A stretch of DNA of 64,000 nucleotides from Parcubacteria group bacterium Greene0714_7 (GTDB taxonomy: Bacteria > Patescibacteriota > Minisyncoccia > Phycocordibacterales > Phycocordibacteraceae), in contig VMHB01000001.1 in the NCBI GenBank assembly GCA_007378985.1, positions 192,252 through 256,251 of the forward strand, given 5' to 3'. The position numbers were made by a program, and so were the translations under genes. The notes below the pieces were generated by a model. It was not told the origin of the DNA and ran no database searches. It saw only the letters and a list, made by a program, of their open reading frames with translations. Positions 1-8,500 of this stretch are shown here, in pieces. The first letter of the stretch is position 1. Each line of letters begins with the position of its first letter.

Positions 1-2
1 AC

Positions 3-995
3 ATGCGTCATCGTCCAGTAGGTTTGGGTGTAGGCGGATTCCAAGATGCTTTGTACCAACTCAACATTGATTTCGCATCTGAGGCATGTGTGCAGTTTGC
101 TGATGAAAGTATGGAAATTCTTTCCTACTACTCAATCCTCGCTTCTACTGATTTGGCTCGAGAAAGGGGGGCCTATGAATCTTTTGTTGGTTCAAAATGG
201 GATCGAGGGCTTTTGCCAGTAGATACTATTCGACTTCTTGAGGATGAGAGGGGTGAAACTATTGATGTTGCTCGTGACACAAGACTTGATTGGAATGCTG
301 TACGTGACGCGATAAAGAAATACGGTATGCGCAATTCTAACTGTATGGCAATTGCTCCAACTGCTTCAACTTCAAATATTGTTTCAGTAGTGCCATCCGT
401 TGAACCTGTCTACAAAAATATTTATGTTGAGTCCAACATCAGCGGAGACTTTACTGTAGTAAATCCTTACCTTGTTGAAGACTTAAAGAAATTAAATCTC
501 TGGAACGATGCGATGTTGAACGAGCTTAAATATCAAGATGGTTCACTAGGAAAAATTGCTGGTATTCCGCAAGCTCTCAAGGATAAATATAAAGAAACAT
601 TTGAAATAGATATGCGTTGGATAATCAAAGCAGCTGCGTATCGTGGAAAGTGGATTGACCAATCACAGTCATTGAACATTTTCTTCCGTGGTTCATCAGG
701 TAAGGAGCTTTCTGAAATCTACTTCTACGCATGGGAGATGGGCTTGAAAACAACGTATTATCTTCGTTCGCTTGCCGCAACACAGGTTGAAAAATCAACA
801 GTCTCAACTAAAGAATTTGGTTCCACTCATACTCGTGATCAAAATGCTGGTGTAGATGCTAATGATGCTATGTCTATGACTAAGCCTGCTTCAACGGTGA
901 CTCCCGCACAAGCACCTGTTGCTGCTCTCGAGACAGCCCCACGAACCTATGTGTTACATCGAGCTCTTGCTGCTGCGTGTGAGTCGTGTGAGTAA
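3..995 (+). CDS. nrdA: Ribonucleoside-diphosphate reductase (class I) alpha subunit, C-terminal part (5'-truncated by window edge)
   Basis: Translation shows the RNR large-subunit C-terminal region, including the cysteine-containing tail (…ACESCE). It is followed directly by the nrdB small subunit. Confidence 0.85.
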   Translation: MRHRPVGLGVGGFQDALYQLNIDFASEACVQFADESMEILSYYSILASTDLARERGAYESFVGSKWDRGLLPVDTIRLLEDERGETIDVARDTRLDWNAVRDAIKKYGMRNSNCMAIAPTASTSNIVSVVPSVEPVYKNIYVESNISGDFTVVNPYLVEDLKKLNLWNDAMLNELKYQDGSLGKIAGIPQALKDKYKETFEIDMRWIIKAAAYRGKWIDQSQSLNIFFRGSSGKELSEIYFYAWEMGLKTTYYLRSLAATQVEKSTVSTKEFGSTHTRDQNAGVDANDAMSMTKPASTVTPAQAPVAALETAPRTYVLHRALAAACESCE

Positions 996-1128
996 GTAAA
1001 TTGTTATGAGCGAAGCGAATTACAAGTTACTTACCCTGTTAAATAGCCGTCAGACGGCTCCTGGTAGCCAGGATTTAACAGGGTGTAAGGTTTTCTGAAC
1101 TCATTATTATTCGTTAACAAAACCTAAC

Positions 1129-2163
1129 ATGGCAATCCAGAGAAACGCAAAGCCCGTCGATATTAACCAGCGCCGTGTCATTAACGGTCTTGAAGCTGAT
1201 GTTATTCAGCTTTACCCAATGAAGCATAAGTTTGCGTGGGAGTACTACAACGCAGCAAACTCAAACCACTGGCTACCAACAGAAATTTCCATGCAGCTCG
1301 ACATTGAGCAGTGGAAATCACCAACTGCACTCTCGCAAGATGAACGACATGCCTTTGAAACCATTCTTGGATTTTTCACAACCGCTGATTCAATCGCCGC
1401 AAACAATATTGTCATCGGTTTCTACAAGCATGTGACCTCGCCTGAGATTCGTATGTACTTGCTTCGTCAGGCCTACGAAGAGGCGATTCATACCCATGCA
1501 TATCAATATATTGTTGAGTCTTTGGGAATGGATGAGTCAAAAATATTCAACATGTATCGTGAGGTTGATGCTCTCTACAACAAGGAAGCATTCATCCTTT
1601 CCTTCAATGAAGGTGTCTTTGATCCAGCATTTAAAACAGGAACGTTTGAAGCCGATCAAAAATTCTTGGAAAACTGGGCAGTATTTTCACTCATCTTGGA
1701 AGGTATCTTTTTCTATTCGTCATTTGCAGTTATGTTTGGTTTCCAACGCCAGCACAAGCTCACTGGCTCTGCAGAGCAAATTCAGTACATCATGCGTGAT
1801 GAATCAATGCACTTGAACTTCGGTCTTGAAATCATCAATGCAATTCGCGAAGAAAATCCAGAGCTCTGGACACAGAAGTTTCAAGATCGCATCATCGAGC
1901 TTGTACATCAAGCTGTGAAACTTGAATATGAGTATGCACGGGATGTGTTTCCAACAGGAATCTTTGGACTTAACGCTGATGGATTCAAGGAATACATTCA
2001 GTTTATTGCGGACAGGCGACTTGAGCGTGTAGGACTCCCTGCGCAGTTCCACTCACAAAATCCGTTCCCATGGATGAGTGAAGCTATCGACCTTGCTAAG
2101 AAAAAGAACTTCTTCGAGACTAGAGTTACTGAATACAAAACAGGTGGGGCTCTCAATTGGTAA
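1129..2163 (+). CDS. nrdB: Ribonucleoside-diphosphate reductase (class I) beta subunit
   Basis: 344 aa with di-iron/tyrosyl-radical R2 motifs (EEAIHTHAYQYI, ESMHLNFG) and typical R2 length and position after nrdA. Confidence 0.9.
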   Translation: MAIQRNAKPVDINQRRVINGLEADVIQLYPMKHKFAWEYYNAANSNHWLPTEISMQLDIEQWKSPTALSQDERHAFETILGFFTTADSIAANNIVIGFYKHVTSPEIRMYLLRQAYEEAIHTHAYQYIVESLGMDESKIFNMYREVDALYNKEAFILSFNEGVFDPAFKTGTFEADQKFLENWAVFSLILEGIFFYSSFAVMFGFQRQHKLTGSAEQIQYIMRDESMHLNFGLEIINAIREENPELWTQKFQDRIIELVHQAVKLEYEYARDVFPTGIFGLNADGFKEYIQFIADRRLERVGLPAQFHSQNPFPWMSEAIDLAKKKNFFETRVTEYKTGGALNW

Positions 2164-2194
2164 AGGGTCGCTCAGTTCCAGCATTGGAGAAACA

Positions 2195-2223
2195 AAAAGC
2201 CCCTCCTGCGGGGGCTTTTTTCG
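2195..2223 (+). terminator. Rho-independent terminator after nrdB
   Basis: GC hairpin agcccctcctgcgggggct followed by a T-run, immediately after the nrdB stop. Confidence 0.7.
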
Positions 2224-2368
2224 TCCTCAACTGGATTCTGCCTGAGGCAGGCAGACCAAGCAATCCAGTTTGCGAATGTTCTCCAATGCAGGAGCCTCGC
2301 TTAAATGGAAAAGAGTGCTGGTTTCTGCGTTCATTGACAAAATAGTTTATCTGTTGTACTATTAATCT

Positions 2369-2563
2369 ATGGCTATGGAAAAAACCTGTTCTGCTTGCTA
2401 CGGTGCTGGTGGAAAAAAATGCGGGCCGTGCAATGGCATGGGTAGAATTGGAGGTAATCCTTTTTATCGTGGAACTTCGAGTGACCTCTCGCCGTGCTCC
2501 AACTGCCATGGAGTAGGGCGAATTGGTCTTTGTTCATTGTGTGGTAAAAAAGCGAGTCCATAA
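2369..2563 (+). CDS. Small DnaJ-type zinc-finger protein (four CxxCxGxG repeats)
   Basis: 64 aa containing CSACYGAG, CGPCNGMG, CSNCHGVG and CSLCGKK, i.e. the DnaJ central cysteine-rich repeat pattern as a stand-alone domain. Confidence 0.5.
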   Translation: MAMEKTCSACYGAGGKKCGPCNGMGRIGGNPFYRGTSSDLSPCSNCHGVGRIGLCSLCGKKASP

Positions 2564-2572
2564 GATTGATTC

Positions 2573-2791
2573 TTGATTGTTATTCGAAAATTTGACAGGA
2601 AATTGTCGTATGTTTTTATGTTCTATATGCATATAAAAACGCCAGAAGTTAGGCATCTTTTCCCAGTACATGAATATCATCACGGCGCTGTGTTTAAAGA
2701 GCGTGGTGTGCTTATGCGTTACTGTGCTTTTTGTAAAATAAAAATGGCAGATGTGCTGTGGCGAGAGCACCTAAAAGAAATGAAGCATTAA
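2573..2791 (+). CDS. Hypothetical small protein
   Basis: 72-aa ORF between the Zn-finger gene and a palindromic terminator. No recognisable motif. Confidence 0.2.
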   Translation: MIVIRKFDRKLSYVFMFYMHIKTPEVRHLFPVHEYHHGAVFKERGVLMRYCAFCKIKMADVLWREHLKEMKH

Positions 2792-2821
2792 TTATGAAGA
2801 TTGTGGATGAAAACAGGGTCT

Positions 2822-2847
2822 AAAAACTCTCATGCATGAGAGTTTTT
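2822..2847. terminator. Perfect palindrome/bidirectional terminator-like hairpin
   Basis: aaaaactctcatgcatgagagttttt: 12-bp perfect stem with A/T runs on both sides. Confidence 0.5.
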
Positions 2848-2895
2848 GTTTATATGTCCCTAGCTCCTAAGCGTTAAACGCTATACACTGTTTAA

Positions 2896-4362
2896 ATGCT
2901 GGGATTTTTGAAAAAATCGACTGAACGATTACCTCTCTTTCTCTACAACACACTCTCTAAAACAAAAGAGGAATTTAAGACAATAAGTGGCAAAAAGGTA
3001 AAGATGTATACCTGTGGTCCCACGGTGTATGACTATGCACATATTGGAAATCTACGTGCCTACGTATTTGCTGATACGCTTCGGCGAACACTTGAATACG
3101 CTGGTCTCTCAGTGAAGCAGGTGATTAACATCACTGATGTTGGGCATCTGGCGCAGGATTCCGATGATGGAGAAGATAAGATGACCAATGCATTGAAGCG
3201 TGAAGGCAAAGAACTCACCATTCCGAACATGAAGCTTTTAGGAGAAAGCTACACTTCGCTTTTTATAGAAGACTTGAAGGCGCTCAATGTTGAAATGCCA
3301 TTCGTATTTCCACGAGCTACCGCACATATTCACGAGCAAATTGCATTTATTTCTTCGCTCTTTCAGAAAGGATATGCGTATAAAACCTCAGACGGCATAT
3401 ATTTTGATACAGCCAAGTTTCCGTCCTATGGTGCACTCGGTGTGTCTGACGGAGGACAGGCTTTGCCTTCTTTAGGTCAAGCACGCATAGTGGCAAACCC
3501 CGAAAAGCACGACCAGCGAGACTTCGCACTTTGGAAGTTTGATAGCTCTCTTGGTTTCGAAGCGCCGTGGGGAAAAGGGTTCCCCGGGTGGCACATTGAA
3601 TGTACTGCCATGGCAACCAAGTATCTTGGAAAAAGTTTTGATATACATACTGGTGGCGTTGATCACATTGCCATTCATCACAATAATGAAATTGCACAAG
3701 CAGAAGCAGTGTCGGGTAAAAGATTCGTGAACTATTGGATGCACGGGGAATTTATTACCATTGAAGGAAAACGCATTGGAAAGTCAGAAGGAAATGCGAT
3801 TCGCTTATATCAACTTCGTGAACGTAATGTAAGTCCAACTGCATATAGGTATTTATTGCTCACTGCTCATTACCGTTCGCTTTTGAATTTCACATGGGAA
3901 GCTGTACTTGGAGCGCAAACTGCACTTCAGAGGGCTCAACGCATGTTTGCGGATTTTCCAGCGGGTGGACATATTGCAACTCTCTATCGCACAAAGTTTG
4001 GGACGGCGATTAATGATGATTTGAATATACCAATCGCAATTGCGGTGATGTGGGAGCTTTTGAAAGATGATTCGGTTACACCTGCCGATAAGCGGGCGAC
4101 AATTCTCGATTTTGATCGTGTATTTGGGTTAGGCTTTGGTACAGGATCGCTTTCTGAGAGCTCTAAAGTTTCGGTCACTGCGTTATCTGATGTACCGACG
4201 GAGGTAGCGTCTTTGGTTAAAGAGCGTGAAGAGGCCAGGGGATCTAAGGATTGGGCACGCGCTGATGCACTAAGGCTTTCCATTGAAGAGCAAGGGTTTA
4301 CAGTTGAAGATGCCCCAGAAGGGCCGATCGTGCATAAAACGTCCGAAGGGTTTAAGGGATAG
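2896..4362 (+). CDS. cysS: Cysteinyl-tRNA synthetase
   Basis: Class I aaRS motifs: CGPTVYDYAHIGNLRAY (HIGH region) and a KMSKS-like GKSEGN. 488 aa is typical of CysRS. Confidence 0.9.
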   Translation: MLGFLKKSTERLPLFLYNTLSKTKEEFKTISGKKVKMYTCGPTVYDYAHIGNLRAYVFADTLRRTLEYAGLSVKQVINITDVGHLAQDSDDGEDKMTNALKREGKELTIPNMKLLGESYTSLFIEDLKALNVEMPFVFPRATAHIHEQIAFISSLFQKGYAYKTSDGIYFDTAKFPSYGALGVSDGGQALPSLGQARIVANPEKHDQRDFALWKFDSSLGFEAPWGKGFPGWHIECTAMATKYLGKSFDIHTGGVDHIAIHHNNEIAQAEAVSGKRFVNYWMHGEFITIEGKRIGKSEGNAIRLYQLRERNVSPTAYRYLLLTAHYRSLLNFTWEAVLGAQTALQRAQRMFADFPAGGHIATLYRTKFGTAINDDLNIPIAIAVMWELLKDDSVTPADKRATILDFDRVFGLGFGTGSLSESSKVSVTALSDVPTEVASLVKEREEARGSKDWARADALRLSIEEQGFTVEDAPEGPIVHKTSEGFKG

Positions 4363-4465
4363 TAGGTAGCCGCACAGGTGTTGAATTTTGTAGTTTTTTC
4401 CCTAAAACCTAGTCCCTAGCACCTACCTCTGTGGTATCCTGTTTTTATTAACTAAGCATTTTTTT

Positions 4466-4993
4466 ATGAACAGTAAAAACATCAACGTTATCATCATATT
4501 GGCAATTGCAGTTGTTGCTATTTTCATCGGACTTGGATTCTTTGGTTTCGGTGGACTTGGTACTACAGGTGCTCCAAAAACTGAACAAAATGGCGCGCAA
4601 GCAATTCTTGCTGAAATTCAACAGACAGGAACAGTTGCAGATCTTCGAGTTCAAGAAATTACTGACGGGGCCGGCGAAGTAGTTGCCCCCGGAGATACGC
4701 TCACCGTTCAATACATTGGCGTTTTACCTGATGGTACAGTTTTTGATTCAACTGATGCACATGGTGGTACGCCCTTCGTATTTACTATTGGAGCTGGAAA
4801 GGTTATTCAGGGGTGGGAAAGAGGTCTTCTTGGTATGAGAGAAGGGGGCCGTCGCTTACTTGCAGTGCCACCGGCGTTAGGATACGGCGCACAGGCAAAT
4901 GGTGTGATTCCTGCAAATTCCACGTTGATATTTGATGTGCAACTTTTGAAACGGGTTCCCGCAGGCACTCCTGTCGCACCAGCGATTCCATAA
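4466..4993 (+). CDS. FKBP-type peptidyl-prolyl cis-trans isomerase with N-terminal membrane anchor
   Basis: FKBP domain (DGTVFDSTD…PFVFTIGAGKVIQGWERGLLGM…IPANSTLIFDVQLL) preceded by a hydrophobic N-terminus. Confidence 0.85.
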   Translation: MNSKNINVIIILAIAVVAIFIGLGFFGFGGLGTTGAPKTEQNGAQAILAEIQQTGTVADLRVQEITDGAGEVVAPGDTLTVQYIGVLPDGTVFDSTDAHGGTPFVFTIGAGKVIQGWERGLLGMREGGRRLLAVPPALGYGAQANGVIPANSTLIFDVQLLKRVPAGTPVAPAIP

Positions 4994-6235
4994 GTGGTAA
5001 TGTCTGTAGGTCCTTTCTCGTTTAAGATAGAGCACGCGCTTCGAATTGGAGCGCGTGTTGGCATTGTAGAGACTCCCCATGGTTCGTTTGAAACTCCTGC
5101 GTTTGTGGTGGTGGGGACAAAAGCAACAGTGAAATCTGTGTTGCCTGATGATTTGCGTATGCATGCCGGTGTGGATGTTGCTCTTGCAAACACGTATCAT
5201 CTTTTTCTTCAGCCAGGCGAAGATATTGTAGCGTCCGCTGGAGGTCTGCATGCGTTTATGGGTTTCGATGGGCCACTCTTCACTGATTCGGGAGGGTTTC
5301 AAGTTTTTTCGTTGGGTGTAGGTTTTGGAAAAGGTGTTTCAAAACTTGTTCCACGTAAGGATGACGTGGAACCTACGAGCTCCCACATGCCGACAGTGTT
5401 TGATGAAGATGTTCGTTCACAACATGGGAAGCTGGCCATTGTTGATGATGAGGGAGTTTCCTTTACTTCCCACATTGATGGAACGCTCTATCGATTTACA
5501 CCTGAGCGATCAGTCGAAATTCAACACAAGCTCGGGGCTGATATCTTTTTTGCATTTGATGATTTTGTTTTACCGGACGCTCCTCGCGAAGAGCAAATAG
5601 CTTCAATGCGTCGAACGCATGCATGGGCAGAGCGATCTCTCGCGACGCATCGCGCAAATCTTGAAGCGAGAAAACGGCAAGCGATTTTTGGCATTGTGCA
5701 GGGTGGGCGATATGCTGATTTACGTGCAGAGAGTGCGAAGATAATTGGGGAAATGGAGTTTGACGGTTTTGGTATTGGTGGAACTTTTTCTAAGGCGGAT
5801 TTAGGAGAAACTCTTCGTGTTGCCATAGATAATCTTCCATTCCTAAAGCCCCGACATCTTTTGGGTATCGGAGAACCTGAGGATATTTTTGAAGCGGTGT
5901 CACAGGGTATAGATACTTTCGATTGTGTACAGCCAACACGGCTTGCACGAACTGGAATGATTTATACGGCTCGAGGCAAGGTTAATCTTTTGAATGAAAG
6001 ATACATTCGTGACTTCTCACTACTCGATGTAGAAACAGGAGGGTATGCTTCAGAGCACTTCTCAAAGGCGTATGTTGCACATCTCTTTCGTGCAAAAGAA
6101 ATGCTTGGCGCTACAATAGCCTCAATTCATAATTTATATTTTCTCACTTCTTTGATGAAAAATATCCGCAATTCAATCCTTGAAGATAGGTTTGATGCCT
6201 TTCGAGAAGATTTTCTAAAAAAATATCTGGCGTAA
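4994..6235 (+). CDS. tgt: Queuine tRNA-ribosyltransferase (tRNA-guanine transglycosylase)
   Basis: TGT motifs (FETPAFVVVGTKATVK, DSGGFQVFSLG) and a zinc-binding C-terminal region. GTG start at 4994, or ATG at 5000. Confidence 0.85.
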   Translation: MVMSVGPFSFKIEHALRIGARVGIVETPHGSFETPAFVVVGTKATVKSVLPDDLRMHAGVDVALANTYHLFLQPGEDIVASAGGLHAFMGFDGPLFTDSGGFQVFSLGVGFGKGVSKLVPRKDDVEPTSSHMPTVFDEDVRSQHGKLAIVDDEGVSFTSHIDGTLYRFTPERSVEIQHKLGADIFFAFDDFVLPDAPREEQIASMRRTHAWAERSLATHRANLEARKRQAIFGIVQGGRYADLRAESAKIIGEMEFDGFGIGGTFSKADLGETLRVAIDNLPFLKPRHLLGIGEPEDIFEAVSQGIDTFDCVQPTRLARTGMIYTARGKVNLLNERYIRDFSLLDVETGGYASEHFSKAYVAHLFRAKEMLGATIASIHNLYFLTSLMKNIRNSILEDRFDAFREDFLKKYLA

Positions 6236-6318
6236 TTTCTAAATTTCTACTCCTCTCGAATTTCTAACTCTTAGAAAGAACTGTGTGAGAAAATTTTTCC
6301 GCAATACCTTTATAAACT

Positions 6319-6360
6319 CATCCTCTAAACACTATCATATATGATAGTGTTTAGAGGATG
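6319..6360. promoter_or_regulatory. Perfect 42-bp palindrome overlapping the yerC-like start codon (putative operator)
   Basis: catcctctaaacactatcatatatgatagtgtttagaggatg is perfectly self-complementary. The ATG at 6358 lies inside its right arm. Confidence 0.6.
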
Positions 6361-6786
6361 AAGGTTAAACCAAAAAAACTCACAAAAGATCAAATTATTG
6401 AAACTCTTGATGCTTTATATACAGCGGCAGGGTCACTACGAGGGCGTGCCACTATGAAATTATTTCTTCGCGATCTTCTGACCGAAGGAGAGAGGGTGAT
6501 GCTTGGTAGACGCATTCTGATTGCAAGACATCTTTTACGGGGTGAAAGCTATATCAGTATTCAACGTACTCTTGGCACAAGTCCTGTAACAATACGAAAT
6601 GTAGAGAAATGGTTAGACGATCAAATGCCGGGGTACGAGACAGCGATTAAGGGTATGCAAGCAACTTTTGCAAAGCGAAAACAAAAAAGCGCATCCATTG
6701 GCACATTTGCTTACTTAAAGAAGCGTTACCCGTTGCACTTTCTCCTCTTTCCGTGGCCAAAAGGGTATCGTACGGAAGATCAGTAA
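6358..6786 (+). CDS. TrpR-like DNA-binding protein, YerC/YecD family
   Basis: 142 aa. Shares a signature with the paralog at 52390-52830 (LYTAAGS.RGR.TMKLFLRDLLTE.ER.MLGRRI.IAR.L…KRKYPLHFLLFP). Confidence 0.8.
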   Translation: MKVKPKKLTKDQIIETLDALYTAAGSLRGRATMKLFLRDLLTEGERVMLGRRILIARHLLRGESYISIQRTLGTSPVTIRNVEKWLDDQMPGYETAIKGMQATFAKRKQKSASIGTFAYLKKRYPLHFLLFPWPKGYRTEDQ

Positions 6787-6793
6787 TATAAAC

Positions 6794-6813
6794 CACTATC
6801 ATATATGATAGTG
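6794..6813. promoter_or_regulatory. Second copy of the CACTATCATATATGATAGTG palindrome, immediately downstream of the yerC-like gene and upstream of rarA
   Basis: Perfect 20-bp palindrome identical to the core of the 6319-6360 site. Confidence 0.55.
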
Positions 6814-6846
6814 ATAATGAACACAGAGTAGAAGTTTGTTAAGTAT

Positions 6847-8022
6847 GTGGAAGGGGTGTATGTGTCGCACATAAAAGATACAATGATACACATGGAACCT
6901 TTGGCAGCAAAAATCAGACCAAAAAATCTTGATGAATTCATTGGGCAGGAGCATTTAGTAGGAGCTGGAAAACCTTTCCGTGTTGCCATAGAAGGTAAAC
7001 ACCGATTTTCTTTTGTGCTCTGGGGACCACCAGGGGTAGGAAAGACAACTTTGGCACGCATTTATGCAGACTCATTAGACGCTACTTTTTTTGAACTTTC
7101 GGCTGTTGCGGTTGGAAAAGAAGATATTAGGAAAGTAATAGCTACTGACACAGGCGGAAAACCAAAAGTTTTATTTCTTGACGAGATTCATAGATTTAAT
7201 AAAGCTCAGCAAGATTTTCTTCTTCCTTTTGTAGAGAAAGGCGACCTAACATTAATTGGAGCAACTACTGAAAATCCTAGTTTTGAAGTTATTCCTGCTC
7301 TTTTGTCTCGCGCTCGGGTATTTGTATTGCAGTCCATATCGGCAGAAAATATGGAAAAGATAATTGGGCGCACTGGCATGAAGATTGATTCAGAAGCGAT
7401 TGAGTGGGTCGTTGCCTATGCGAACGGTGATGCTCGAGCTGGAATCACTATAATTGAGAATGCTGAGCGTTTGTATGGAGAGGTAACTCAAAAGACACTA
7501 CAAGAATCACTCCAATCAGGGCGTCTTCGTTATGACAAAAAAGGTGAGGAGCACTACGATACTATTTCCGCATTTATAAAAAGTATGCGCGCAAGTCAGC
7601 CTGACGCCGCGATGTATTATCTTGCCCGTATGCTTGAAGGTGGAGAAGATCCCGTGTTCATTGCACGGCGTATGGTGATTTTTGCAAGTGAGGATATCGG
7701 GCTCGCACAGCCAACAGCACTAGTGGTAGCAAATGCGGTGTTTGATGCTGTTCGCTCAATAGGAATGCCTGAGGCTGGAATAAATCTTGCTCATGGTGTT
7801 GCCTATCTCTCGAACTCAAAAAAAGACCGATCAGCCTATGATGCACTCCGAGGAGCTCAGGCGGATGTTCAGACAACAGGTAATCTGCCTATCCCTATGA
7901 ATGTGCGTAATGCACCAACAAAGCTTATGAAGGAGTTGGGATACGGCAAGGATTATACAAAATATGACACAGAGAGTTATTTGCCTGAAAAGTTAAAAAA
8001 GAAGAAATATTTTGATTCTTGA
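6847..8022 (+). CDS. rarA: Replication-associated recombination protein A (AAA+ ATPase)
   Basis: Walker [13 protein letters not shown], the AAA+ region and the MgsA/RarA C-terminal domain. The true start may be a few codons downstream. Confidence 0.85.
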   Translation: MEGVYVSHIKDTMIHMEPLAAKIRPKNLDEFIGQEHLVGAGKPFRVAIEGKHRFSFVLWGPPGVGKTTLARIYADSLDATFFELSAVAVGKEDIRKVIATDTGGKPKVLFLDEIHRFNKAQQDFLLPFVEKGDLTLIGATTENPSFEVIPALLSRARVFVLQSISAENMEKIIGRTGMKIDSEAIEWVVAYANGDARAGITIIENAERLYGEVTQKTLQESLQSGRLRYDKKGEEHYDTISAFIKSMRASQPDAAMYYLARMLEGGEDPVFIARRMVIFASEDIGLAQPTALVVANAVFDAVRSIGMPEAGINLAHGVAYLSNSKKDRSAYDALRGAQADVQTTGNLPIPMNVRNAPTKLMKELGYGKDYTKYDTESYLPEKLKKKKYFDS

Positions 8023-8033
8023 CAGAATTTTTG
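8006..8033 (+). promoter_or_regulatory. Sigma70-like promoter (TTGACA-N16-TATTTT)
   Basis: Consensus -35 and a reasonable -10. The ATG at 8040 lies about 7 nt after the -10, consistent with a leaderless transcript. Confidence 0.4.
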
Positions 8034-8039
8034 AAAAGA

Positions 8040-8093
8040 GTATTTTGGATATATGGCAACTGTAGCTCAGAGCTTTGGCCTTCTTCTCGTCGT
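8040..8093 (+). CDS. Putative 17-aa hydrophobic peptide (MATVAQSFGLLLVVSLR), possible small toxin-like/membrane peptide or sRNA
   Basis: Compact unit of promoter, mini-ORF and strong terminator. The peptide is mostly hydrophobic. Confidence 0.3.
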
Positions 8094-8124
8094 CAGCCTA
8101 CGCTAACGGAGGGAATTTGAGTTA

Positions 8125-8150
8125 TATACAAAACAAACCCCTCCCTAAAA
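8125..8150 (+). terminator. Rho-independent terminator
   Basis: cccctcc-ctaaaac-ggagggg followed by ttttt. Confidence 0.7.
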
Positions 8151-8392
8151 CGGAGGGGTTTTTAAAAATAAATATCATGAGTATAGATAATGGGGAGAGG
8201 AGTCATCGCAGATTTTTAGGTTCACGACAGCATGTTGAACGCAAAACTGTACATCCTGGATGTTTTTGTCAAATGAAACTTTCATCTGAAAATTCTACCC
8301 CTACGCATAAGCGTTATGTGTGTATTTTTGAAGGATGTAATGAGGGTAGGTGGGAGCGGAAAATATAATTTTGAGTTTTTTGTTATAGTGCC

Positions 8393-8500
8393 ATGATGAG
8401 CGGATTTAAACTTAAATCAGAATATAGTCCTGCAGGGGACCCCAGTACCAGACGCTCTTGCGTCGGTACGGGGCAGGTCATCCTTCATATAAAAACATGA
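8393..8500 (+). CDS. Upstream ORF (35 codons) whose first 16 codons mimic the uvrB N-terminus. Its TGA stop overlaps the uvrB ATG (ATGA).
   Basis: uORF MMSGFKLKSEYSPAGD… vs UvrB MSGFNLKSDYKPAGD…: 9 synonymous and 3 non-synonymous codon differences. It contains the conserved 38-nt element. Confidence 0.45.
   Translation: MMSGFKLKSEYSPAGDPSTRRSCVGTGQVILHIKT
8440..8477 (+). repeat. Conserved 38-nt start-proximal element (CCCCAGT-N21-ACGGGGCAGG), copy 1 of 3
   Basis: ccccagtaccagacgctcttgcgtcggtacggggcagg. Strong hairpin potential (CCCAGTACC/GGTACGGG outer, GACGC/GCGTC inner). Confidence 0.65.

Noticed and set aside
8040-8110. tRNA suspected because of a TAGCTCAG D-loop-like string
   Set aside because: No T-loop (GTTCGAATC-like), no foldable acceptor stem, and no anticodon arm.
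8075-8368. 97-aa six-frame ORF between rarA and uvrB
   Set aside because: It overlaps the promoter/mini-ORF/terminator unit and reads through a strong terminator hairpin. No motif, and the composition looks non-coding.
8393-8500. Simple target-site duplication of a mobile element as the explanation for the N-terminal copies
   Set aside because: The duplicated segments begin exactly at the ATG in all three loci and do not include the leader. They are heavily diverged at synonymous positions while conserving the peptide. Neither is expected for a TSD.
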